Shown in pieces: positions 30,946 to 39,847 of a stretch of 64,000 nt of DNA (the first letter of the stretch is position 1; every line of letters starts with the position of its first letter). The notes under the pieces are model-generated. The model saw only the letters and a list, made by a program, of their open reading frames with translations. It made no database searches and was not told where the DNA came from. Source of the DNA: an uncultured Phycisphaerales bacterium (GTDB lineage: Bacteria; Planctomycetota; Phycisphaerae; Tepidisphaerales; Tepidisphaeraceae); assembly GCA_963758525.1 (NCBI GenBank), contig CAVWVQ010000003.1:192001-256000 (forward strand), read 5' to 3'. Position numbers and translations under genes: made by a program.

Positions 30946-31702
30946 GCTGTTAAGGTGACATCCATCTTTGTTGACGCTGTCCTCGACCGGTATATCATGC
31001 AACTATGCCCCGCACGTCCCGCGCAGCTGTCGGCGGTCTTGTCTACCACGTTCTCAATCGCGGCAACGGCCGGCTGGAGATCTTCCGCAAGCCGGGAGAC
31101 TTCCTGGCGTTTTGCGATCTGATGGTCGACGCCAAGGAACGGGCCGAGGTCGAAGTGTTCGGCTTCTGCCTGATGTCCAACCACTGGCACATGGTGGTGC
31201 GGCCGCGTCGGGATCAGGATCTGGCGAGGTACTTCTCCTGGCTGACCAATACGCACGTGAAGCGGTACCGTGCTCATTATCGTCGGACCAGCGGCCATCT
31301 CTATCAGGGTCGCTACAAGAGCTTCGTTGTCCAGGAAGATGGGCATTTGCTGACACTGCTGCGTTATGTGGAAGCCAATCCATTGCGGGCGAAGATGGTG
31401 GAGCGGGCGCAGGACTGGCACTGGTCGAGCCTGGGCTGCCAGAAAGAGCTGGCGAGAACAACTGCTCGACGATTGGCCGATCGACCGCCCGCGGAACTGG
31501 ACGGCGCTGGTGAACGAGCCGATGGATCCGGCCGCCGTGAAACGGGTGGCACTCAGCTTCGAGCGTGGCCGGCCGTTGGGAAGCGATCCCTGGACCCTGA
31601 AAATGGCCGGCCGGATGGGGCTGCAGTACACTCTGAATCCGAGAGGCAGGCCGAAGATGCCGGGAAAAGGCAAATAAAAACGGTGGATGTCACCTTAACA
31701 GC
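30946..31702 (+). mobile_element. RAYT-like (IS200/Y1 HUH) element bounded by 19-bp inverted repeats
   Basis: Left gctgttaaggtgacatcca (30946-30964), right tggatgtcaccttaacagc (31684-31702), flanking the transposase gene. Confidence 0.8.
31005..31677 (+). CDS. REP-associated tyrosine transposase-like protein (one extra base near 31458)
   Basis: MPRTSR..GLVYHVLNRGN, CLMSNHWH (HUH), LYQGRYKS, RYVEANP, WHWSS; C-terminal RGRPK in ORF 31366..31677. Confidence 0.9.
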
Positions 31703-31933
31703 TTCCCTGATGTCTATAAAGACTACATCCAACTCGCTGATCTGATCGAAAAGAACAAGCCGTTGGAGCCCATGGCGCTCTCAACTTCAGACACGCTATC
31801 AAAAGAGATACACTTTTTCTGGGATAGTCAATCCGGCGGAATTCCGATCAACAAACAGATTGGGTTGAAAGTTACGATCGATAAGCACCAGTACGACGCC
31901 ACCACCAGCTTCGGGGTAGCTTGGGGAACCACT

Positions 31934-32521
31934 ATGCGAAAATGCAGATCTGTGCGGGTAGCTTTCATCGCGTTATCGGTGGCGCTCACTGCTTGCCTCG
32001 GCGCAATTTGGGTACACAGTAGGCTGGCGGATATCTTCACCGCATTTCCACTGCGTGACGGGGGAGAATGGGGAATCGAGTATACGAAAGGAGATATTCT
32101 GTTTGGTTGCAATCCGGGGCCGCATCATGGCGGCGAACCAGGGTGGGCGCAGGCTCTCGACCAATTCACCACGCACGCTTATCACTACGCCAAATTTCAG
32201 CCTCCACAAGATCTGCATTATAAGTACCTATCAAATCCATGGGGCGGGGCCCGGCTGTTGTCTCGAAAACCTGCGCCCAAACGGTCGCACTGGGAGATGG
32301 CCGGTTTCGTTCTCGAACGCGGTATGACAACGCTGGTGCTAGTTCCAATCTGGTGGCTGGTTGCAATTAGCAGCGTCCCCGGAATCGCCTTGTGTCTGCC
32401 GGAATTCCGCGCACATTTGCGAAGTCGCGGCGGCCGCTGCGAAGTCTGCGGATATGACCTGCGAGCCAGTCCCGGACGCTGCCCGGAGTGTGGGAATGAA
32501 TCGCGGCCTCTCATCAATTAA
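31934..32521 (+). CDS. Membrane-anchored hypothetical protein with C-terminal zinc ribbon (paralog family of 30179..30874)
   Basis: TM..LVPIWWLV..CEVCGYDLRASPGRCPECG. ORF open from 31763; likely ATG at 31934. Confidence 0.8.
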   Translation: MRKCRSVRVAFIALSVALTACLGAIWVHSRLADIFTAFPLRDGGEWGIEYTKGDILFGCNPGPHHGGEPGWAQALDQFTTHAYHYAKFQPPQDLHYKYLSNPWGGARLLSRKPAPKRSHWEMAGFVLERGMTTLVLVPIWWLVAISSVPGIALCLPEFRAHLRSRGGRCEVCGYDLRASPGRCPECGNESRPLIN

Positions 32522-32564
32522 TGGGTGATGGGTGGAAATTGAAACGGGGACGCAGCTAGTTATT

Positions 32565-32593
32565 TTGACACGGGGTGCTCCGGAATTTACCTT
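32565..32593 (+). promoter_or_regulatory. Sigma70-like promoter TTGACA-17-TACCTT directly before a RAYT ATG (leaderless)
   Basis: ttgaca 32565-32570, tacctt 32588-32593, ATG at 32601, no RBS. Confidence 0.55.
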
Positions 32594-32600
32594 TCTCAGC

Positions 32601-32713
32601 ATGCCTCGCCCTCCTCGCGTCGCTCCCGGCGGTCTGGTCTACCATGTGCTCAATCGCGCGGTGGGACGGATGGTGATGTTCCGCCGGGACAGCGACTTTG
32701 CCGCCTTCGAGCG
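32601..32713 (+). pseudogene. 5' fragment of a second RAYT-like transposase
   Basis: MPRPPRVAPGGLVYHVLNRAVGR..FRRDSDFAAFER, then interrupted by repeats. Confidence 0.85.
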
Positions 32714-32714
32714 G

Positions 32715-32927
32715 AAAATGCGAAGGGGGTCAGGCCAGCTTCTGGAAAATGCGAAGGGGGTCAAAATGCGAAGGGGGTCAGGCCAGCTTCTGGGTGAGGA
32801 AAGGGGTCATCAGCCTTTCCTGACGATTGAGCTGATGGTATGCTGGTGAAATGGCCCGTAAACCCCGAAAAAGGCAAATAAAAACGGTGGATGTCACCTT
32901 AACAGCTTCCTCACCTTAACAGCTTCC
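32715..32927. repeat. Cluster of element-end repeats
   Basis: aaaatgcgaagggggtca three times (two extended by ggccagcttctgg) at 32715-32793; third copy of the RAYT right end at 32869-32910; tandem tcaccttaacagcttcc at 32894-32910 and 32911-32927. Confidence 0.8.
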
Positions 32928-33261
32928 TAAAAGTAGGCGCACAACCTGCGAATAGCCATTTTTGACTGGTGCCAGCGCTCATGCTGACGCAAGACTGGCG
33001 GCTGTTTACTGCGGACTGCAGCAGTGAAGCCGGGCGCGAATTGTTCTGCCCCTTTTTTCTGTTCGCACCTGCACGTTTCTAAGTCATCCGCGGCGGGATC
33101 CCACCTACGTCCTGCACCGCAAGACGGATTTCGCTCAAGCGATGTGCACAATCCACTTCGGCTCGTGGCTTGCTCCTCTTTGAAATAGGTGGGGGCTCGT
33201 CATTTTTTAGGTTGAAAGGACACTGGTATGGCAAAAAAGCAAAGAAAGTCGCCGGGACTTA

Positions 33262-34182
33262 GGCTCTGTCTGACGGATCGAGAACCCTCAGGTATTTCAG
33301 CATGATAGCGAGTTTGGCGAAGCTCAAGAAGTTAAGAGCCAGCTTCTCATAGCGTGTTCCCAGCCGACGACATTCCTTGAGCCATCCGATAGCACACTCG
33401 ATGCGGCTTCGTTTGCGGTAGCTGCTTTTATCGAATCGCTCGCCCTTTGGTCGTGGCTGATTGGATTTGCGCGGGATGACGGCTTCGATCCCGCAATCGG
33501 CCAGGAACTGGCGAACGGTTTCGTAGCTGTACCCTTTGTCGCCCGCGATCTTCCCCGGCCAGCCGATGTGCAGGGGCGCTGCACCGCGTGCATCACCTTG
33601 TGGAGCTGCGTGGATTCGTGCGTTTGCCCCGCGGTAACGGTGACGGCGAGCACAAGGCCCTTTCCGTCAGTAACCACGTGGAACTTTGATCCCCATCCGC
33701 CGCGCGAGCGGCCCAGCGCGTGGTCGGCCGGTTCGAAGTCGAGGCCGCGCCCCCTTTTGCGCGCCCGGCGGCAGCGCGAGAAGCACGCACATTGGAGCCG
33801 TCGACGAGCCAGAGATCCCAATCGATCTTGCCCTCCTTGTTGAGTCGAATCCGCAGTGCTTTGAGGATGCGATCGAAGAAGCCTTCGCGCCGCCAGCGGT
33901 TGAAGCGATCATAGACGCTCTTCCATTTCCCGTAGCGTTCGGGCATGTCTCGCCATGGAGCTCCGGAGCGAAGAATCCAGAGCATCCCATTGAGCGTGAT
34001 GCGGTGGTCGTTCCATCGTCCGCCACGTTTTTGTACGGGGAAAAGTGCCTTGATCAGGTTCCAGTGATCATCCGTGAGTTCGTAGCGCGCCATCTGTCCT
34101 CCATGTGGAGAACATCATGACGATCATAGAAGAACGCGCAATACCTAACGAGCGCCGAACATTCGATCCGTCAGACAGAGCC
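33262..34182 (-). mobile_element. IS5-family (IS427-like) insertion sequence, 921 bp
   Basis: Perfect 20-bp TIR ggctctgtctgacggatcga / tcgatccgtcagacagagcc with TA on both sides. Transposase from ATG 34093: RYELTD..LRSGAPWRDMPERYG.W; LGRSRGG; GDKGY; RYEK. The stop TAA is formed at the target. AAAAGGGGG lies near the first frame change. Confidence 0.95.
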
Positions 34183-34297
34183 TAGTAAGCAAACAGCTCC
34201 AGCGGAATCTGCGGGCGCCGGCAAGCATGCCGGCTCTTCAGTTGAGGACGCTCGAGCAATCGGCGGTAAGGGCGACTTTGGCGTAAAGGAAGACAAT

Positions 34298-34747
34298 GTG
34301 ACAGGTCGAACCTATACCTCTCTGAATACCAAGCGTTCCGATCCAGGCGGAGCGCCGGCCCGTTCGGGTTCAGATGATTCGCGTACAAGTGGCGTGGGCG
34401 GGAACGAATCGGGCGATGGATCTTCCAGCGGCGGCGACCTCGACACCGACATCATTGGAGTTGGCACTGGTAGCGGAGTTGCCGCCAGTGGCAAGATTCA
34501 TGAGCCGCCGGGTCCGGATGATGCCACTGGCGCCAGCCGCGACTTTGCCTCGGGTCCTCCAGCCAAGGGACAAAACCAGGCGGCGGTACGTCAAACGGTT
34601 CACGGATCAACAGTGCAGCCGGCCGGGAATGAGGCGGCCGCTCCACAAGGTGCGGATGCGGTGGCCAACACTGACGTCGGTGACGACGCCGCTGCCGGCG
34701 AGATCAGCAGCGACGAAGCCAGCGGCCGAAATGATGCTGGGGGATGA
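34298..34747 (+). CDS. Low-complexity Gly/Ser/Asp-rich ORF, possibly the remnant of a large secreted protein
   Basis: 149-aa ORF beside the IS; no recognisable motif. Confidence 0.3.
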   Translation: MTGRTYTSLNTKRSDPGGAPARSGSDDSRTSGVGGNESGDGSSSGGDLDTDIIGVGTGSGVAASGKIHEPPGPDDATGASRDFASGPPAKGQNQAAVRQTVHGSTVQPAGNEAAAPQGADAVANTDVGDDAAAGEISSDEASGRNDAGG

Positions 34748-35026
34748 ACCAGAACCGAGCATGGCCGATCGCCTGAGTTGTCACTCAATAGTCTGCAGCG
34801 CAGTCGCTCTCGACATGGCAGCGCTCGCCCCCTCTTCCGGTATGGGAGAGGGGTTAAGGTGAGGGTGATTTCGAATGGCAACTCGCTCGGGTTTTTCAAA
34901 CGTCCCTCCCTAGACAGCTCCGCCATTGGCCTCTCAAGGACCTGGCCCGGGACTTTCGCCACCAACGTTTTTCCCCTTCCTCGCGTCTTACTATTACCTG
35001 TAGAAGTGCCGTATAAGGAGCGGACC

Positions 35027-35626
35027 ATGGCTCGCCTGAGTTACCTGATCGGAACGACACTTTTGTCATGTGCCCTTTGCGGCTGCTCGCCGTATCTGGG
35101 CGACTATCAATATGTTCCCCACCCTGCACTGGCCGAAGTTCCCCCCTCGCCACCCGACAAAGCCTCGCCGCTATCGGTGTTCGCCTCTGTGATTGGCGTC
35201 TATGCCGGAGATGCCAGACAGGGTATTCCCCAGTCGGTGGAGGTGCGATTTCGGATGGAGAACAACGGGCCGCATTCTGTGTCGTTTGATCCGGCGTCTT
35301 TGCGATTGGACACGGGCGATTTGCAGAGCTTTCAGCCGCCGATCGTTCGTCCCCCGACACCGGTCACCCTGGCGCCCCAGCAGACGATGATTCTCGATGC
35401 GTTTTTTCCCTTCCCTCCGGGCCATTCGTACGACAACACGGACCTGCGCGGGCTTCAGCTTCTCTGGGAGGAACAGATCGATGGCCGGCCCGTGCGGCAG
35501 GCGGTCTCTTTCCGAAGGACTTATCCCTACCGTTATTACTATTCCGCCGATCCCTATTGGGGATATCCCTGGTTCTTCGGCGGCGGCGTTGTTGTCGTCG
35601 GCGGCGGCGGGCATCACTGGCGGTGA
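35027..35626 (+). CDS. Putative lipoprotein
   Basis: AAGGAG RBS; MARLSYLIGTTLLSCALCGC lipobox; Tyr/Gly-rich C-terminal tail. Confidence 0.75.
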   Translation: MARLSYLIGTTLLSCALCGCSPYLGDYQYVPHPALAEVPPSPPDKASPLSVFASVIGVYAGDARQGIPQSVEVRFRMENNGPHSVSFDPASLRLDTGDLQSFQPPIVRPPTPVTLAPQQTMILDAFFPFPPGHSYDNTDLRGLQLLWEEQIDGRPVRQAVSFRRTYPYRYYYSADPYWGYPWFFGGGVVVVGGGGHHWR

Positions 35627-36091
35627 CACGCGGTGGAAGGCAGCGGGCGCTTTCACCTATTGCTGCTGCGTGACTTCACGGAGTACCCGCTACTGAACCG
35701 CGATCTCCTCAATTGGTAATTCGCGGGGGCGGCTGGCGAGCGACGAGTTTGGCCCCAAAGAGTGCATGTTCGCACGTTCACCCACGCTCTTCAGCCTGAC
35801 TTTCGCACGTGCGAAAGTCAGGTTAGCGCTCGCGTCCCACGTAGAACGCCAGTAATGATTCAACGACAAGAAGGCATAGGAGTGTCAGCGCCAACGTGCG
35901 CCACATTTCCCGACCGGGGCCGGCCGAGGCCAATGCGCCAGGCGAATATGTCACTAGCGTCGGCTTGAGATTGCCGAGCAAACAGCTTCCGCGGCGTACT
36001 CGGCGGCGGAGACGACGTTGATGCCGGAAACTTCTAACGGGACAGGTCCAATTCTTTTGACACCACCTCGCCGATAGCTTCTGCTTCTTTC

Positions 36092-36445
36092 ATCCCTAGG
36101 CAAGCTCGTAAAGCACCCGGAGGGCTGATCTGCCACGTTTTGAACCGGGCGGCGGGAAAGGAGACCTCTTCCGCCACGAGAAGGACTTTGCAGCGTTCAT
36201 CCGGACGTTGGCCGAGATGTTGGAACGAAACCCGATCCGGCTCTGCGCGTTCTGCGTCATGAGCAACCATCGGCATCTGGTGCTGTGGCCGGAAAATGAC
36301 AGCGATCTTGCCCGGTTCATGCAACGGCTCACCATCACACATGTCCGGCGATGGGTGAAACATCCCATCGGGTGGGATGTGGATCAGTCTATCAGGGCCG
36401 CGACAAGTCTTCCCTGTCCAGGACGATGCGCACTCACCTGCCGAA
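36092..36445 (+). pseudogene. Degraded RAYT-like transposase
   Basis: (ATC)PRQARKAPGGLICHVLNRA.., FCVMSNHRHLVLWP..DLARFMQRLT.THV, YQGRDKS; start codon lost, several frameshifts; TTGACA at 36057. Confidence 0.8.
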
Positions 36446-36857
36446 ATATTACATCCTCCGTTCCGCCCCCCCACCTCGATCCTCCCCCCGAGTACGAGGG
36501 GAGGAGTAGGAGGATGAATTCCAGCACCGAATCAGCGGGGACACATAATCTGTCTATTGTCGTAACGCAAGTAATTTTTTGTTATTTACGCACCGCTCGA
36601 ATACGTAAAATTCTGTAAAGTGGTGTAAAGCGAACCGCCGATTCCGAGCGGCAAACAAGGGTTGACCGCCCGGCGGTGACTCGCGTTGGCCCGGATTGTA
36701 AAGCGGCTGTTTTCCCCCCAGCAGCCCGTCGTTAAAGTCGCGCGGCCATTGCTTGGGTCCTCAGGCCGGGCTCATGCTCACCGACAGCTCTTGCGTTATC
36801 ATACATGCAGCATTTTGTCCGCCTCCGTTCTGTCGCAGGATTCGGCAGTGGGTTGAC

Positions 36858-37619
36858 ATGGCAGATCCTCATCGGCAACGGCTCTTTGCAGCGGTTGTGA
36901 TTGTCATCCTCAGCCTCTTGGTCGGGGAAACGTCAGCCGGACCTCCCTTCGTGACTGACGATCCGGACACCACCGATTACAAGCACTGGGAGATTGACGC
37001 CTTCAGCATCTACAGCCATACCGCAGGCGCTGACTTCGCCCAACTGCCCGCCCTCGAAATCGATTACGGCCTGGTTCCCGATGTGCAACTGCACGCCATC
37101 CTTCCGCTCACCTACGATCGGGCGCCCGGCGGCGGCTCACATTACGGCTGCGGGGACATGGAGTTGGGCGTCAAGTATCGGTTCTTTCACGAGACCGGCA
37201 TTCTTCCCGAAATTGGCACATTCCCCCTGGTCGAAGTTCCGACCGGCGATTCGGGGCGCGGCCTGGGCAACGGGCAAACTCAGATCTTCGCGCCCCTCTG
37301 GTTCCAAAAGAGCTTCGGCCAAAAGAAGGATTGGACGACCTTCGGCGGCGGCGGCTTCTGGTACAACCCCGGCGAAGACCACCGCAACTTCTACCGCTTT
37401 GGGTGGGAACTCCAGCACGACTTGAACGAAACTCTCACGCTGGGCTGCGAAATCTACCACGAGACCGAATTCTTCGGCGGCAGCCATGGCCACACCGCGT
37501 TCAATCTTGGCGGCTATCTGAACTTCGACGAGCACCATCACGCGCTCTTCTCGGCCGGCCGTGATATCGATGGGCCCAATCGCTTTTCGTGTTATCTGGC
37601 TTATCAACTGCTGTTCTGA
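36858..37619 (+). CDS. Putative outer-membrane beta-barrel ('transporter', MetA-pathway-like)
   Basis: Signal peptide, AGPPFVTDDP, GDMELGVKYRF, PTGDSGRGLGNG, C-terminal aromatic YLAYQLLF. Confidence 0.7.
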   Translation: MADPHRQRLFAAVVIVILSLLVGETSAGPPFVTDDPDTTDYKHWEIDAFSIYSHTAGADFAQLPALEIDYGLVPDVQLHAILPLTYDRAPGGGSHYGCGDMELGVKYRFFHETGILPEIGTFPLVEVPTGDSGRGLGNGQTQIFAPLWFQKSFGQKKDWTTFGGGGFWYNPGEDHRNFYRFGWELQHDLNETLTLGCEIYHETEFFGGSHGHTAFNLGGYLNFDEHHHALFSAGRDIDGPNRFSCYLAYQLLF

Positions 37620-37623
37620 CGGG

Positions 37624-38040
37624 AACCGCAGATGAACCCAGCGCTGCCTCGCTTCGCTCGGCCGCAACCAAAACGAAGAGCCGCGAAGACGCGAAGACGC
37701 GAAGAGAGACGCGAAGGTAAGAAAATCAAAAATGCGGGATCGAAGCCCAAGGAATTGTGCCTTTGGGTTTCAGGTGCAATTGAATTGTCTTCCTTCGCGT
37801 TTGTCTTCGCGGCTTCGCGTCTTCGCGTCTTCGCGGCTCTTGATCTTTTGGCTGATCGCCTGCCCGGGAAAATTTGCGCAGCGCGCGAAGATCTCAATGG
37901 GTTGTGACACAAATGAACGCAGATTGAATGAAATCACTGAGAAGATCATGGACGTTGCACGCATCGTACGAAGTCTCTTTTCAATCGTTCATCGGCGTTT
38001 ATCAGCGGTTCAATCTCTTTCCCTGCGTTCATCCGCGGTC
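37624..38040. repeat. Nested intergenic inverted-repeat elements (GCGAAGAC units; CGCAGATGAAC ends)
   Basis: cgcgaagacgcgaagacgcgaag (37682-) versus cttcgcgtcttcgcgtcttcgcg (~37813-37835); aaccgcagatgaac (37624) versus gttcatccgcggt (~38027-38039). Confidence 0.7.
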
Positions 38041-38196
38041 AGCGGCATTCAGGGCATGGCGGGCGGAGGAGCCGGAGTCTTTGAAGCAGTGCCGGGAGGT
38101 GGAAGACTTTCCCGATTGGCGAGGATACAGTTTCTTCGCGATCAAACTCCCCGTGCCGGCGGACGACGCTTCAAGCAGCTTCGGAGGCTTCAAAAC

Positions 38197-39510
38197 ATGT
38201 TCAGACAGATCCTGACCGTTCTGGGTGCGTGCACGGTTCTGCTGGCTGGCTCGCGCCTGGTCGCGGAACCGCCGCCGGTGAAGACCAAGTGGCTTTTGAG
38301 TTTCGATCAGGCGCTGCTGAACGCGAAGAAAACCGGTCGGCCGATCATGGCGTATTTTTCGGGGAGCGATTGGGATCCGTGGACGCAGAAGCTGGACAAG
38401 GACGTGCTCGAGACGGAGATGTTCCGCCATTGGGCGGATGAGAACGTCGTCCTGGTGCGGGTCGATTTCACGAAGGTGAAGAAGCAGAGCAGCTTCATCC
38501 GGTCGCAGAATGAGAAGCTGCGCGTCAAGTACAACATTTCCAAGAGTCCTTCGTTTTCGTTCATCGACCCCAGCGGCCTGCCTTTTGCGCGGGCGGGATA
38601 CGACGACCTTCGGCTGCTCGATGACGAGCGGACCGGCGATCCCCGCAATGCGATCAAGTTTCTCGATCACGTCATCACCACGCGGCCGCCGGATGAAACA
38701 ATCATCACGCAAAAAGATCTGCCCGAGGGGATGGAATACGCGAAGAAGCATTTCATTTCGCTGCTCATTCTCATCAGCCAGGGAAATGCAACCGGGCCGA
38801 TGAAGGTGAAGGCGGATCTGCTGGCGAATCAGCAGTTTGTGCGGTTCGTCAATCGAACGATGGCGTTTGTGAATCTGACCTGGCCCGCGGATTCGGATAC
38901 GTCGCAGTCGGCCAACGAGCTGCGCGCGGTGCTGGCCAAAAATAACGTCACGCCGGCGCCGCTGCAGTTGCTGGTGTGGGATATGCAGTCGGAAAAGATC
39001 AAGGGGCGCATCGCGGCGATCTTTCCGGATAAGGTCGAGCCGCTGATCGCCCAGATTCAAAACCAGCTTCCCCGGCTGGACGTTCCCAGCGGCTGGATTT
39101 CAGACCTGCGGTTGGCGCAGGCGGTGGCCGCTCAGCAAAACCGCTGCATTCTGGTGAACTTCACCAGCATGGATTCGAGCGACTGGTGTCAGAAGATGCA
39201 GTCGGAGATTTTCGACACCGATGAGTTCACCAAGTATGCGCGGAAAAACCTGGTGCTGCTGCGGATCGACTTCCCGACGGCCACGACTCAGCCGGAAACA
39301 CTCAAGGCCCAGAATCAAACGCTGGCGGAGATGTATAATGTTCGCGGTTATCCGACGGTGATCGTGCTCAACCCGCTGGGTCAGAAGATTACCGACGCCA
39401 AGTACGAAAAGGGAGGTCCCGGCCCGTTGCTGGCGCAGATGGACGATGTGATCAAGAAGGACGCCGAAAGGCGTGCGATGCTGGCGAACCAGGACACGAC
39501 CGCCCAATAA
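38197..39510 (+). CDS. Secreted multi-domain thioredoxin-like protein lacking an intact CxxC
   Basis: Signal peptide; domain 1 FSGSDWDPWT..VRVDF; domain 3 FTSMDSSDWC..LRIDFP..YNVRGYPT. Confidence 0.8.
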   Translation: MFRQILTVLGACTVLLAGSRLVAEPPPVKTKWLLSFDQALLNAKKTGRPIMAYFSGSDWDPWTQKLDKDVLETEMFRHWADENVVLVRVDFTKVKKQSSFIRSQNEKLRVKYNISKSPSFSFIDPSGLPFARAGYDDLRLLDDERTGDPRNAIKFLDHVITTRPPDETIITQKDLPEGMEYAKKHFISLLILISQGNATGPMKVKADLLANQQFVRFVNRTMAFVNLTWPADSDTSQSANELRAVLAKNNVTPAPLQLLVWDMQSEKIKGRIAAIFPDKVEPLIAQIQNQLPRLDVPSGWISDLRLAQAVAAQQNRCILVNFTSMDSSDWCQKMQSEIFDTDEFTKYARKNLVLLRIDFPTATTQPETLKAQNQTLAEMYNVRGYPTVIVLNPLGQKITDAKYEKGGPGPLLAQMDDVIKKDAERRAMLANQDTTAQ

Positions 39511-39847
39511 CGCAGGGGAGCAAATACGCGCTCCGCTACGCGTCGCGGCTAACCGCAGGATGAAACTCGCTTTAGACTTCGCAGGGCTCTTTGCGGGGAA
39601 TTTCCCCCGACTTCCCCCGCAGTCGCGGCCCGCGCTCATTTTCTTCGATTTCGCAAGCAATTATTTGCTCGCTCGCGTGTACTAGTTACAGCAGAGGGTA
39701 CGCGCCAGCGAAGGAGCCGCGGAAAAAATTTGTTGAAATTTATAAGCCGGACGCGACAATCAGGTAATTATCTAAGGTAGCGGTCGGGGGTATCTGCACA
39801 GATCCTGTTTCGTGCGCGGCGGAACGCGACGTGACGAGGGAGCGGTT

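Noticed and set aside
32715..32927. CRISPR array
   Set aside because: The repeats are adjacent or overlapping without unique regular spacers, and no cas genes are present.
37732..38196. N-terminal extension of the thioredoxin-like ORF
   Set aside because: It runs through repeat elements; the signal peptide begins at ATG 38197.
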